From an uncultured Actinomycetes bacterium (GTDB lineage Bacteria > Actinomycetota > UBA4738 > JBBDTT01), in NCBI GenBank assembly GCA_963742735.1, contig CAVUMN010000004.1:960001-1024000 (forward strand): a stretch of 64,000 nt of DNA, written 5' to 3'. Position 1 is the first letter of the stretch, and the number at the start of each line of letters is the position of its first letter. The notes under the pieces are model-generated. The model was not told the DNA's origin. It searched no databases and worked only from the letters and a program-made list of their open reading frames with translations. Position numbers and translations under genes: made by a program. Positions 53,769 to 62,519 of this stretch are shown piece after piece.

Positions 53769-55247
53769 GTGACCCTCCTCCACCGCTACCTCGAGGACGC
53801 CGCTCGCCGCCGTCCCGGCCACCCCGCCGTCGTCGCGGGCGAGCGCTCGATCTCCTATTCCGAGCTCGACGCGCTGGCCGGTCGCGTCGCCCGTGCCCTG
53901 GTCCGCGCCGGCGTCGAGCCCGGCGACCGCGTGGCCGTGTTCGCGCCGAAGTCCATCGAGACGATCGCCGCGTTGTACGGGGCCATGAAGGCCGGCGCGT
54001 GCTACGTCCCGATCGATCCGTCCTCGCCGCCCGTTCGCGCGGGCCTGATCGCCCGCGACTGCGACGTCCGCGCCGTCGTGACCGACGCCGCGCGCGCATC
54101 CGCGCTCGAGCCCGAGCTCGCCTCGGGCGACGTCCGCCACTGGCTGCGGCTGGAGGACCTCGCCGTGCTCCCCGAGGGCGACGAGGCGCTCCCCGAGGGA
54201 TCGCCCGACGCCCTGGCCTACGTGCTGTACACCTCGGGCTCCACCGGCGTCCCCAAGGGCGTGATGCTCAGCCACCGCAACGCCGGCCGCTTCGTGGAGT
54301 GGGCATCCGGCGTGCTCGAGCTGCGCGAAGACGACCGGCTCTCCTCGCACGCGCCGTTCCACTTCGACCTGTCGGTGTTCGACCTGTACGCGGCGGCGAA
54401 GGCCGGCGCGACGCTGTACCCGATCCTGGGCGAGGCGGCGTCGATGGGCGCCCCGATGGCCGAGGCCATCGGCATCCACGAGCTCACCGTTTGGTACTCG
54501 GTGCCCTCCGCGCTGATGCTGCTCGTCACCCAGGGGGGCGTGGACGCCGCCCGGCTCGGATCGCTACGCCACGTGGTGTTCGCCGGCGAGGTGTTCCCCA
54601 CGCCGTACCTGCGCAAGCTGGCCGCGCTGATCCCCGGCGCCAGGCTGCACAACTGGTACGGGCCCACCGAGACGAACGTGTGCACGTACCACGTGGTGGA
54701 GGAGGTCCCGGCCTCGGACGATCCGATCCCCATCGGGCGGGCCTGCGAGCATTACGAGTGCTTCGCGGTGACCGCCGACGCCCGCCGCGCCGGCGTGGGC
54801 GAGGAGGGCGAGCTGCAGGTGGCCGGCGACGGCGTGATGCGCGGCTACTGGGGCGGGCCGGAGCACTCGGGCCCCTATGCCACCGGGGACCTGGTCGTCC
54901 TGCAGGACGACGGCGAGTTCCGGTTCCTGGGCCGCCGCGACCACCAGATCAAGACCCGCGGCTACCGGGTGGAGCTCGGCGAGGTCGAGGCCGCCGTGTA
55001 CGCGCACGACGCGATCCGCGAGGCGGCGGTGGTGGCGGTTCCCGACGAGCGGATCGGCCACGCGCTCGTCGCGTTCGTGGTCCCGCACGACGGGCAGGAG
55101 CTCTCGCCGGTGGCGCTCAAGCGGCACGTCTCCGAGCGGCTCCCGCGCTACATGGTCCCCGGGGCCGTCCACGTCCGGGAGGCCCTGCCCAAGACGTCCA
55201 CCGGCAAGATCGACCGCCAGTCGCTGGTGAAGGAGGCCTCCGCCTAG
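53769..55247 (+). CDS. Stand-alone amino acid adenylation enzyme, probable L-proline--PCP ligase (PltF/RedM/CloN4-like)
   Basis: YTSGSTGVPKG, HAPFHFDLSVFD, TVWYSVPS, FAGE, NWYGPTETNVC, TGD, GYRVELGE, TSTGK. Confidence 0.85.
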   Translation: MTLLHRYLEDAARRRPGHPAVVAGERSISYSELDALAGRVARALVRAGVEPGDRVAVFAPKSIETIAALYGAMKAGACYVPIDPSSPPVRAGLIARDCDVRAVVTDAARASALEPELASGDVRHWLRLEDLAVLPEGDEALPEGSPDALAYVLYTSGSTGVPKGVMLSHRNAGRFVEWASGVLELREDDRLSSHAPFHFDLSVFDLYAAAKAGATLYPILGEAASMGAPMAEAIGIHELTVWYSVPSALMLLVTQGGVDAARLGSLRHVVFAGEVFPTPYLRKLAALIPGARLHNWYGPTETNVCTYHVVEEVPASDDPIPIGRACEHYECFAVTADARRAGVGEEGELQVAGDGVMRGYWGGPEHSGPYATGDLVVLQDDGEFRFLGRRDHQIKTRGYRVELGEVEAAVYAHDAIREAAVVAVPDERIGHALVAFVVPHDGQELSPVALKRHVSERLPRYMVPGAVHVREALPKTSTGKIDRQSLVKEASA

Positions 55248-56426
55248 ATGGCCGACCTGTCGCCCACCGCGAACGACGCGCCCTGGCTCTCGGCCGAGCA
55301 GCTCGAGTTCCGGGCGAACGTGTCGCGGTTCGCCGCGAAGGACCTGCGGGCGGACCCCGAGGAGGCCCGGAGCCGCGACCGCGACAGCGAGTTCTGGCGC
55401 GAGGGCTGGGACGCGTGCGGGCGGTTCGGGATCCAGGGCTTGCCGATCCCCGAGGAGTGGGGGGGCGGCGGCGCGAGCGCGCTGACGACGATCGTCGGCC
55501 TGGACGCGCTCGGCTCGGGGTGCACGGACAACGGCCTGCTGTTCTCCCTGGGCGCGCACATGTGGTCCTCGGAGGTCCCGGTGTGGCACTACGGGACCGA
55601 CGAGCAGCGCACGGAGTGGCTCCCTCGGCTGTGCCGGGGCGAGGCGGTCGGCATCCACGCCATCACCGAGCCCGAGGCCGGCTCGGACGCGTTCTCGCTG
55701 AAGACGCGGGCGGAGAAGGACGCCGGCGGCTACGTCCTCACCGGGCGAAAGACGTTCATCACGAACGCGCCGGTGGCCGACCTGCTGATCGTGTTCGCCC
55801 GGCTCGGCGAGGGGACCGGACCGTTCGGCATCTCCGCGTTCATCGTCCCGCCCGACGCCGAGGGCCTGCAGATCACCCACCTGGAGAAGATGGGTCTGCG
55901 GACCTCGCCGATGGGCGAGATCGCGCTCGACGGGGTGCGGGTCCCGGCCGAGAACCTCCTGGGGCGCGAGGGCAAGGGCGCGCGGGTGTTCCAGACGTCC
56001 ATGGAGTGGGAGCGCGGCTGCATCATGGCCACGACGGTGGGGACCATGCAGCGGGTCACCGAGGACACGGTCGCGTACGCGAAGGAGCGCCGCCAGTTCG
56101 GGAAGTCGATCGGCAAGTTCGAGGCGGTGGCGTTCAAGATCGCCGACATGAAGATCCGGCTCGACGCCGCCCGAGGGCTGCTGTACCGGACCGGGCACGT
56201 CATGGACTCGGGTCAGGCGTTCACCGCCGAGGCCGCCGAGGCCAAGGTGTTCATCTCCGAGGCCGCCGTGCAGACCCACCTGGACGCGCTGCAGGTCCAC
56301 GGCGGGGCCGGGTACCTCACCGAGACGGGTCTGGAGCGCAGCGTCCGCGACGCCCTGGGCGGCACGATCTACTCGGGTACCAGCGAGATCCAGCGCCGGA
56401 TCATCGCGAAGTACCTCGGTCTGTAG
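55248..56426 (+). CDS. Acyl-CoA dehydrogenase-family enzyme, probable L-prolyl-PCP dehydrogenase (PltE/RedW/CloN3-like)
   Basis: FSLGAH, TEPEAGSD, KTFITNAP, MEWERGC, IYSGTSEIQR. Confidence 0.85.
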   Translation: MADLSPTANDAPWLSAEQLEFRANVSRFAAKDLRADPEEARSRDRDSEFWREGWDACGRFGIQGLPIPEEWGGGGASALTTIVGLDALGSGCTDNGLLFSLGAHMWSSEVPVWHYGTDEQRTEWLPRLCRGEAVGIHAITEPEAGSDAFSLKTRAEKDAGGYVLTGRKTFITNAPVADLLIVFARLGEGTGPFGISAFIVPPDAEGLQITHLEKMGLRTSPMGEIALDGVRVPAENLLGREGKGARVFQTSMEWERGCIMATTVGTMQRVTEDTVAYAKERRQFGKSIGKFEAVAFKIADMKIRLDAARGLLYRTGHVMDSGQAFTAEAAEAKVFISEAAVQTHLDALQVHGGAGYLTETGLERSVRDALGGTIYSGTSEIQRRIIAKYLGL

Positions 56427-56491
56427 CCCAACCGGGAACGAAGTCGCGAAGGCCCTCGTTGTAGCGTGTGACGAGACCTGAGGAGGCGAGC

Positions 56492-57013
56492 ATGGCGCAG
56501 GAGCAGGCGACGTTCGGTGCGGGGTGTTTCTGGGGCGTGGAGTACGTGTTCCGCCGCGTGCCGGGCGTGCTCGACGTGGAGGTGGGCTACGAGGGCGGGA
56601 TCACCCCCGACCCGACCTATCAGGAGGTGTGCTCGCACACGACCGGCCACGCGGAGGTGGCGCGGGTGACGTTCGACCCCGAGAAGCTCGGGTACGACCA
56701 GCTGCTCGAGGTGTTCTGGGCGCTGCACGACCCGACCCAGGTGGACCGCCAGGGTCCGGACGTCGGCGACCAGTACCGCAGCGTGATCTTCACGCTCTCC
56801 CCGGAGCAGCAGGCGGCGGCCGAGGCCTCGAAGGAGAAGGCCCAGGCGCGCTACGACAAGCCGATCGCGACCGTGGTGGAGCCGTCGAAGACGTTCTATC
56901 CGGGCGAGGACTACTACCAGGCGTACTACGAGAAGAACGGCCACACGCCGTACTGCCACACGGTGCCGGTGCGCACCCTGGAGGAGCTCGGGCTCATCCC
57001 GGCCCGCTCGTAG
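56492..57013 (+). CDS. msrA: Peptide-methionine (S)-S-oxide reductase
   Basis: GCFWG, PTY..VC..TGHAE, HDPT...QG.D.G.QYRS. Confidence 0.97.
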   Translation: MAQEQATFGAGCFWGVEYVFRRVPGVLDVEVGYEGGITPDPTYQEVCSHTTGHAEVARVTFDPEKLGYDQLLEVFWALHDPTQVDRQGPDVGDQYRSVIFTLSPEQQAAAEASKEKAQARYDKPIATVVEPSKTFYPGEDYYQAYYEKNGHTPYCHTVPVRTLEELGLIPARS

Positions 57014-57023
57014 CGGCCGGAGC

Positions 57024-57422
57024 TCAGTCGGCGGCGCTGATCTCGCGCACGGAGCGGTAGCCCTCCAGCGCGAGGTACGCGCCGGCGGCCATGGTCGCGA
57101 AGACGATCCCGTAGGACAGCGCGTCGACGCCCGCGTCCGCGTAGGCGTCGCTGATGACGCTCCATCGCGGGACCAGGTGCACCGCGATGAACCCGACCAC
57201 GGAGCCAACGCCGAGGATCATCGCCGCGAACGGCGCCAGCGGGTGGCCGCGGAAGGCCAGCGCCAGCGCGACGACCGAGGCGACGATCGATACGGCGCCG
57301 ACCAGGTTGACCTCCAGCGGCAGGGGCCGGGCCTGGCGTACGTGGTCCAGGTCGTGGATCAGCGTGAGGACCAGGAAGGCCAGGCCGGCCAGGGTGAGCC
57401 GCGCGCGGGTCGTGTCGTTCAC
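57024..57422 (-). CDS. Small four-TM membrane protein with conserved His residues
   Basis: H.LDH, VHL.P.W; TATTCT -10 6 nt before GTG. Confidence 0.72.
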   Translation of the reverse strand: MNDTTRARLTLAGLAFLVLTLIHDLDHVRQARPLPLEVNLVGAVSIVASVVALALAFRGHPLAPFAAMILGVGSVVGFIAVHLVPRWSVISDAYADAGVDALSYGIVFATMAAGAYLALEGYRSVREISAAD

Positions 57423-57447
57423 GCGGGCAGAATAGGACGCCTCGGTG

Positions 57448-58403
57448 TCATCTGGAGGACACGACCGGGACCCAGTCGCGGATCTTCCGGCGCATGAACG
57501 AGGCGACGGCGGTCACGACGGGTTTGCCCTCCGGGTTGCGGGCCTCCGAGCGAGCGACGATCAGTCCCTTGCCGCCGTGCACGACCTCGCCAGGTGATCG
57601 GCGATCCAGCAGAGCAGGCCGCCGTAGATGGTGCCCGAAGGCGACTGGAACCAGGGTCGCCGGGAAGGACGTCCGGCTGCGGCCGGGCTCGACGAAGAAG
57701 TTGAGGAACAGCCCGGTGAGGGACATGAAGGGGGCCGGCAGGGTTCCGCCGGAGATCATCCGCGCGATCTCGAGGCCGGTCAGGTCGGCGAGGCTCCGGT
57801 TGATCGAACAGTCCGTCGGGGATGGGGGGCTCGAAGGGGTCCGGGGAGTCGTAGACCGGTGGTTGCGTCTCCTCGAAGGTCACCACCTGCGGATCGACGG
57901 TGTGGATGAAGCACCGCGTGGTGGCGTGCGCCAGGAGGGTCCGTTGGCGTCGTCGATCCGGCCCTCGGAGGTCGCCTGCGTGCGGCCCGCGTCGATCAGC
58001 TGGCCGTGGGCGATGAGCCGCTCCGCGTCGACGCGCACCGGACGAAGGAAGGTGAAGTTGATGTCGGACGTGACCGGGACGGTCCACGGCGGGAGGGCGC
58101 TGAGGATGGCTCCTCCCAGCGCGTAGTCGGCGGCCGGGGCGGTGACGCCGTTCACGAAGAACCCCGCCTGGTCTGGAACCACGGCGAAGCCGGCATCACG
58201 GTGGTGCACGACCCATGCCCGACCTGGACCTGCCGGACCCCGGTGAGGTGTTGCATCGGCGCCCGGGGGGCGCGCCCGTCCATGAGGGCGCGCATGCGCT
58301 CAATGCCGGGCAGCGACAGGAAGCCGGGGCCGGGGATCCCGCCCCGGACCGGCTCGTCGAGGACCGGCGTCACCGTTCCCCTCACGGCCCGAACCCTTCG
58401 CAT
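57448..58403 (-). pseudogene. Disrupted double hot-dog PaaI-family thioesterase
   Basis: EPVRG..LPGIE, MPASPWF, AD.ALG, LRPV, GRI.D..G..AHATTRC fragments spread over at least 4 frames, second domain shortened. Confidence 0.7.
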
Positions 58404-58439
58404 GGGCCGCCGCGGGGAGGGAAACCGGTCGGCGAGCTT

Positions 58440-59477
58440 CTAGGTCCGGATGGCGCGACCTCGTCGGCGAAGGACCGCTCCGGCGGTGATGAGCCCGAGG
58501 CCCACCAGGACGAGCAACCCGATGCTGGCACCGGTCACCGGAAGTGACCCCGACCCGGCGGGGGTGGGCCCCGTCGGACTGGTTCGCGGAATCACGGGCG
58601 CCCGAGTGGGAGTGCCGTCCCCGGCCGGGGGCACGGGCGTCGGCGAGGTCGTGTCGTCGGTAGGCGTGGGTGCCGGCACATCCGTCCCGGTGGGGGTCGG
58701 TAGCGGGATCACCGTTGAGGTCGGCGTTGGCGTCGGTGTCGAGGCGCACGACTCCCGCGTGATGCTGTTGGTGTCCATGGTGACCGCGCCGTTGCGGGCC
58801 AGCGCCCGGCCGCGGATCCTCGCGCCGGTCACCAGGGTGATCGATGCCAGCGCCATGATGGTCCCCTTGAACGCGGTGGAGGTACCCAGCGTCGCCGAGC
58901 TGCCGATCTTCCAGAAGACGTTGCAGGCGTCGGCGCCGTTGATGACGTCGACCCGGCTCCAGGTGGCGGTGATGAGGGTGCTCGCCGTCTGGAAGATGAA
59001 CACGGCGTGCGGGTCGCCCTCGGCGTCCAGGGTGAGCGTCCCGGTGATCCCGAAGGTCCCCGACGACGAGTTGTAGACGCCGGGCTTGAGGGTGGTCCCG
59101 CCCAGCTCCGTGGCGATGGTGGTGGCCGGACCTCGTCCGGCGGTGTCGTTGTACGCGGTGACCAGGTCCTTCTTGGCCTGGAGGGCGACGGCGTCGGCGA
59201 TGTGCACCTCGCCGTCCAGGGTCACGGCGGGGAATCCGGTCACGGCTGACCCGGGGTGCAGGCCCACGTCTCCGGTGATCACGGTGGGTCCGGTGTTGGT
59301 GATGGTCGAGCCGGCCAGGACCGCGAAGCTGGTGGCCGTTCCCAGGCCGACGGGCGCCTGCGCGGCCTGCGCAGCGGAGCCCGCGACGGTCAGGATCGAC
59401 AGGGTGGCCAGCGTGACGATCGTGATGATGCGCACCATCGTTCCGGCACGCGAAAGCTTGGTTGAGTCTGAGCGCAT
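58440..59477 (-). CDS. Ice-binding (DUF3494) protein with PT-rich stalk and LPxTG anchor
   Basis: LGTA.SFAVLAGSTITNTG.T.I.GD.G, DL..AY, L.PGVY, FIFQ, NVFW.GSSATLG, GRALA; LPVTG + TM + RRR. Confidence 0.93.
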   Translation of the reverse strand: MRSDSTKLSRAGTMVRIITIVTLATLSILTVAGSAAQAAQAPVGLGTATSFAVLAGSTITNTGPTVITGDVGLHPGSAVTGFPAVTLDGEVHIADAVALQAKKDLVTAYNDTAGRGPATTIATELGGTTLKPGVYNSSSGTFGITGTLTLDAEGDPHAVFIFQTASTLITATWSRVDVINGADACNVFWKIGSSATLGTSTAFKGTIMALASITLVTGARIRGRALARNGAVTMDTNSITRESCASTPTPTPTSTVIPLPTPTGTDVPAPTPTDDTTSPTPVPPAGDGTPTRAPVIPRTSPTGPTPAGSGSLPVTGASIGLLVLVGLGLITAGAVLRRRGRAIRT

Positions 59478-59612
59478 GGAGTCCCCTCGCTGTTGACGAT
59501 CGAATGGTCAGGTCGAAACCAATGTCGCCTGAGGGGTATCTCGGAGGCGTTACCGGGCAAAACTGGCTTCTGCTCTTGTATCGACATCCCCGGCAGGAAG
59601 CTTGATGGAAAT

Positions 59613-59659
59613 GAGCAACCGGGGTTGACAACATGGGTGGCTGTCAACTATGGTTGCTC
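59613..59659 (+). promoter_or_regulatory. Palindromic operator overlapping a leaderless sigma70-type promoter
   Basis: GAGCAACC..GTTGACA-N11-TGTCAAC..GGTTGCTC; TTGACA -35 and TATGGT -10, 6 nt before ATG 59661. Confidence 0.78.
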
Positions 59660-59660
59660 C

Positions 59661-59903
59661 ATGGCCAGGTCGCGAAGCGTCACGACCGAGGAGCTGGATC
59701 CGCGGGAGGGATTGCGGGCCGTGGTCGCCCTGCGAGAGCTCGCCGATCGCCTGGAGGAAGCGCACGTAACCCGGGCCGTCCGCCTCGGTTGGCCCTGGGT
59801 TCGCATCGCCGAGGCGCTGAACGTCACCCGCCAGGCCGTGCACAAGAAGCATGCCGCCCGGCTGCGCGGTCAGGGGATCACGACTGGAGGACGAGATGGT
59901 TGA
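59661..59903 (+). CDS. Small HTH protein
   Basis: DP..GLRAV.ALR.L...LE...V..A...GW.W..IA..L.VTRQAVHKKH. Confidence 0.88.
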   Translation: MARSRSVTTEELDPREGLRAVVALRELADRLEEAHVTRAVRLGWPWVRIAEALNVTRQAVHKKHAARLRGQGITTGGRDG

Positions 59904-60366
59904 GCGATTGGGCCGGGGCGCCAGGGCAACGATCCGCCGGGCGCAGCTGCGCGCTCGGGCGGAGGGAGCCCGCACGGTGGAGGCCGCGGACTTGTTGCTG
60001 GCGCTGGTGGAGGCGCCGAGCGGACCTGCGGGGACGGTTCTGGCGGACCTCGGGATCGATCAGGGCGTGGTCCGCGAGGGCCTGCGCCGCGAGTTCGAGA
60101 GCGCGCTCGGGGCGGTCGGCGTGCACGACGCCGTTCCTCCCCGCCCGATGCCTCCGGGCTCCAGGCGCGCCCCGTTCCCCAAGTGGGGCGAGTCCGCGAA
60201 GCTGGCGCTCAAGCGCGCGCTCGAGGAGGCGATCCGCCGGGGGGAGCGGCCCCTGGCGAACGAACATCTGCTGCGAGCCATCGTCAACGCCGAAGCCGGG
60301 GTCATCCCTCGGCTTCTCGAGCAGCTCGAGGTCACTCCGGCCCAGGTTCACGCGGCGCTCGGATAG
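59896..60366 (+). CDS. Clp N-terminal (Clp_N repeat) domain protein
   Basis: AR..I..A...A......DLLLAL; AK.AL..A...A.......EHLL. Confidence 0.85.
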   Translation: MVERLGRGARATIRRAQLRARAEGARTVEAADLLLALVEAPSGPAGTVLADLGIDQGVVREGLRREFESALGAVGVHDAVPPRPMPPGSRRAPFPKWGESAKLALKRALEEAIRRGERPLANEHLLRAIVNAEAGVIPRLLEQLEVTPAQVHAALG

Positions 60367-60395
60367 TCTCGGCGCTCCAGGCGGAAGGAGACAGC

Positions 60396-61085
60396 ATGCG
60401 GTTCGGGGTTCTCGGGTCGGGGATGGTGGGCCGCGCCATCGCGGCCAAGGTGCTCTCGCTCGGGCACGGCGCGATGATCGGCACGCGGGATCCGAAGGAG
60501 CTGATGGCCCGCGCGGGACCGGATCCGCGCGGGCGGGAGTCGTTCGCCGAGTGGCGGAAGCGGAACCCCGAGCCGGAGCTCGGAACGTTCGAGGAGGCGG
60601 CGGCCGCGGCGGAGATCGTGGTGAACGCCACCGCCGGGGACGGCTCGCTGGACGCCCTTGCCGCGGCCGGCGCCGACAACCTGGGCGGGAAGATCCTCAT
60701 CGACATCGCCAACCCGCTGGACTACTCGCGGGGCATGCCGCCGAGCCTGTTCGTGCCGAGCACCGACTCACTGGCAGAGCAGATTCAGCGAGCCTTTCCT
60801 CAGGCGCTCGTGGTCAAGACGCTCAACACCGTGACGGCGGCGGTGATGGTCGACCCCGGATCGGTCGGCGGCGGCGACCACGACGTCTTCGTGAGCGGCG
60901 ACGACCAGACGTCGAAGGACACCGTGATCGAGCTGCTGCGGTCGTTCGGCTGGACGCGGATCAGCGACCTGGGCGGGCTGGCTTCGGCCCGCGCCGTCGA
61001 GATGTACCTGCCGCTGTGGGTCGCGAACATGGGGGTGCTGGGCACCCCCATGTTCAACGTGAAGCTCGTCCGCGCCGAGCCCTGA
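60396..61085 (+). CDS. NADPH-dependent F420 reductase family oxidoreductase
   Basis: GVLGSGMVG, IDIANPL, SLAEQIQ, VVKTLNT. Confidence 0.88.
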   Translation: MRFGVLGSGMVGRAIAAKVLSLGHGAMIGTRDPKELMARAGPDPRGRESFAEWRKRNPEPELGTFEEAAAAAEIVVNATAGDGSLDALAAAGADNLGGKILIDIANPLDYSRGMPPSLFVPSTDSLAEQIQRAFPQALVVKTLNTVTAAVMVDPGSVGGGDHDVFVSGDDQTSKDTVIELLRSFGWTRISDLGGLASARAVEMYLPLWVANMGVLGTPMFNVKLVRAEP

Positions 61086-61144
61086 CCGGGCTCAGGCGTG
61101 GGACCCTCGGCAGCCGGCTCGCCGGGTGGGGGTATCGTGCTGGG

Positions 61145-61603
61145 ATGCCGTCGGACCGTCCCTACATCGAAGACAACGACCGGGAACGCGAGCGCCTGCG
61201 TGCCTTGATCGCGGAAGCGGGTGACGAGGAGCTGGGCCGGCCCGTGAACCCGGAGTGGACGGTGGCCGGCGTGCTCGGGCACGTCGCGTTCTGGGACGCG
61301 CGCGCCCTGCTGCTGGGGCGCAAGCTCGAGCGGGGCGTGCCGTTCTCGCCGTCGGACGACGAGCCGGAGGACGTGGACTGGATCAACGACGCCACGCGCC
61401 CCTTCCTCCACGCGATGGACCCGCGCGAGCTCGCCGAGCTCGCCCTCGGGCTGGCCGAGGAGACCGATGGCCTGATGGCGTCCCTCGACCCGGCGCGGAT
61501 GTATCCGAGCGACGAGTCGAGCCCGCTGAACGCCCTGCGCGCGAGCCATCGCGGCGAGCACCTCGACGAGATCGAGGCCGCCCTGCGGGGCAAGGAGGCG
61601 TGA
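61145..61603 (+). CDS. DinB/MDMPI N-terminal-type protein
   Basis: WTVAGVLGH.AFWD ... H..EH. Confidence 0.82.
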   Translation: MPSDRPYIEDNDRERERLRALIAEAGDEELGRPVNPEWTVAGVLGHVAFWDARALLLGRKLERGVPFSPSDDEPEDVDWINDATRPFLHAMDPRELAELALGLAEETDGLMASLDPARMYPSDESSPLNALRASHRGEHLDEIEAALRGKEA

Positions 61604-62157
61604 ACCGCGAGCCGGGGCCGACGGTCAGGCGGGCGACGAGCGACGAGCTGACGGGCGATGAGCTCACCGCGCTCCACGCGCTGTTCGACGCGTCCTGGCC
61701 GGACCCGGACGACCGGTTCACACAGGACGACTTCGACCACGCGACGGGCGGCGTCCATTTCCTGAGCGAGGCCGACGGCGCGATCGTCTCGCATGCCTCC
61801 GTCGTCGAACGGCGGCTGGAGGCCGGCGGCGTTCGCCTCCGGGCCGGGTACGTCGAGGGGGTGGCCACCCTGCCCGGCCATCGTGGGCTGGGCCACGCGA
61901 CGGCCGTCATGCAGGCCGCCGGGCGGCACATCGACGAGACGTACGAGATCGGGGTGCTGGGCACCGAGATCCATGCGTTCTACGGCCGGCTCGGGTGGGT
62001 TCCGTGGAAGGGTCGGACGTTCGTGCGAACGGAAGACGGGCTCGTGCCGACTCCGGATGACGACGGCTACCTGCTGTTCCGCCTCACCCCGAACTCTCCG
62101 ACGCTCGACCCCTCCGCCCCGATCAGCTGTGAGTGGCGGCCGGGAGACGTCTGGTAG
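61600..62157 (+). CDS. Aminoglycoside 2'-N-acetyltransferase-like GNAT (AAC(2')-I family)
   Basis: HASVV.RRL, GYVEGVA..RG.G, FY..LGW..W.G, TPDDDG, C.WR.GDVW. Confidence 0.85.
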   Translation: MNREPGPTVRRATSDELTGDELTALHALFDASWPDPDDRFTQDDFDHATGGVHFLSEADGAIVSHASVVERRLEAGGVRLRAGYVEGVATLPGHRGLGHATAVMQAAGRHIDETYEIGVLGTEIHAFYGRLGWVPWKGRTFVRTEDGLVPTPDDDGYLLFRLTPNSPTLDPSAPISCEWRPGDVW

Positions 62158-62173
62158 ACGCGCGCGGTCGCGG

Positions 62174-62425
62174 TTACGCTCCTTCCTGGACCTCGAAGAT
62201 GTCGTTGGCCACCAGGCCGTGCGCCTCACGGTGGACCCGAACGGCGGTCTCGGGGTCGGGTGCCTCGACGAGACAGAAGATCTTGCCGCCCTTCTCGTCC
62301 ACCCAGTAGCTCTTGTAGTCGACTCCGTACTCGCCCTGCTTCTCGAGGTCCGCCGCGTGCGCCTTGGCGACGTCCGCGGCCGATACGCCGCCGTCGATGT
62401 TGTGCATGTCCATGTACAAAGGCAT
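62174..62425 (-). CDS. DUF4242 domain protein
   Basis: MP.YMD.H, AH.ADL..Q, YWVD...IFCL.EAP.....VHREAHG. Confidence 0.9.
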   Translation of the reverse strand: MPLYMDMHNIDGGVSAADVAKAHAADLEKQGEYGVDYKSYWVDEKGGKIFCLVEAPDPETAVRVHREAHGLVANDIFEVQEGA

Positions 62426-62519
62426 GTCGCCACCTCCTCGTGTCGTCCTGGACTCTAGCGCCGCGAGATGGGTTTCACTCAGGCACCCTGGCGTGGCGGT
62501 TGTTCGCGGTGACGTCTGG

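Noticed and set aside
53515-55247. dltA/dltC teichoic acid D-alanylation genes
   Set aside because: No dltB/dltD nearby; the adjacent dehydrogenase and the pocket residues fit the proline-to-pyrrole route better
53125-56426. tRNA-targeted genomic island carrying the pyrrole cassette
   Set aside because: The cassette lies at the 5' side of the tRNAs, with no integrase, no duplicated tRNA 3' end, and host-like codon usage
58560-58740. Repetitive DNA in the ice-binding gene as a separate repeat element
   Set aside because: Explained by the Pro/Thr stalk coding sequence
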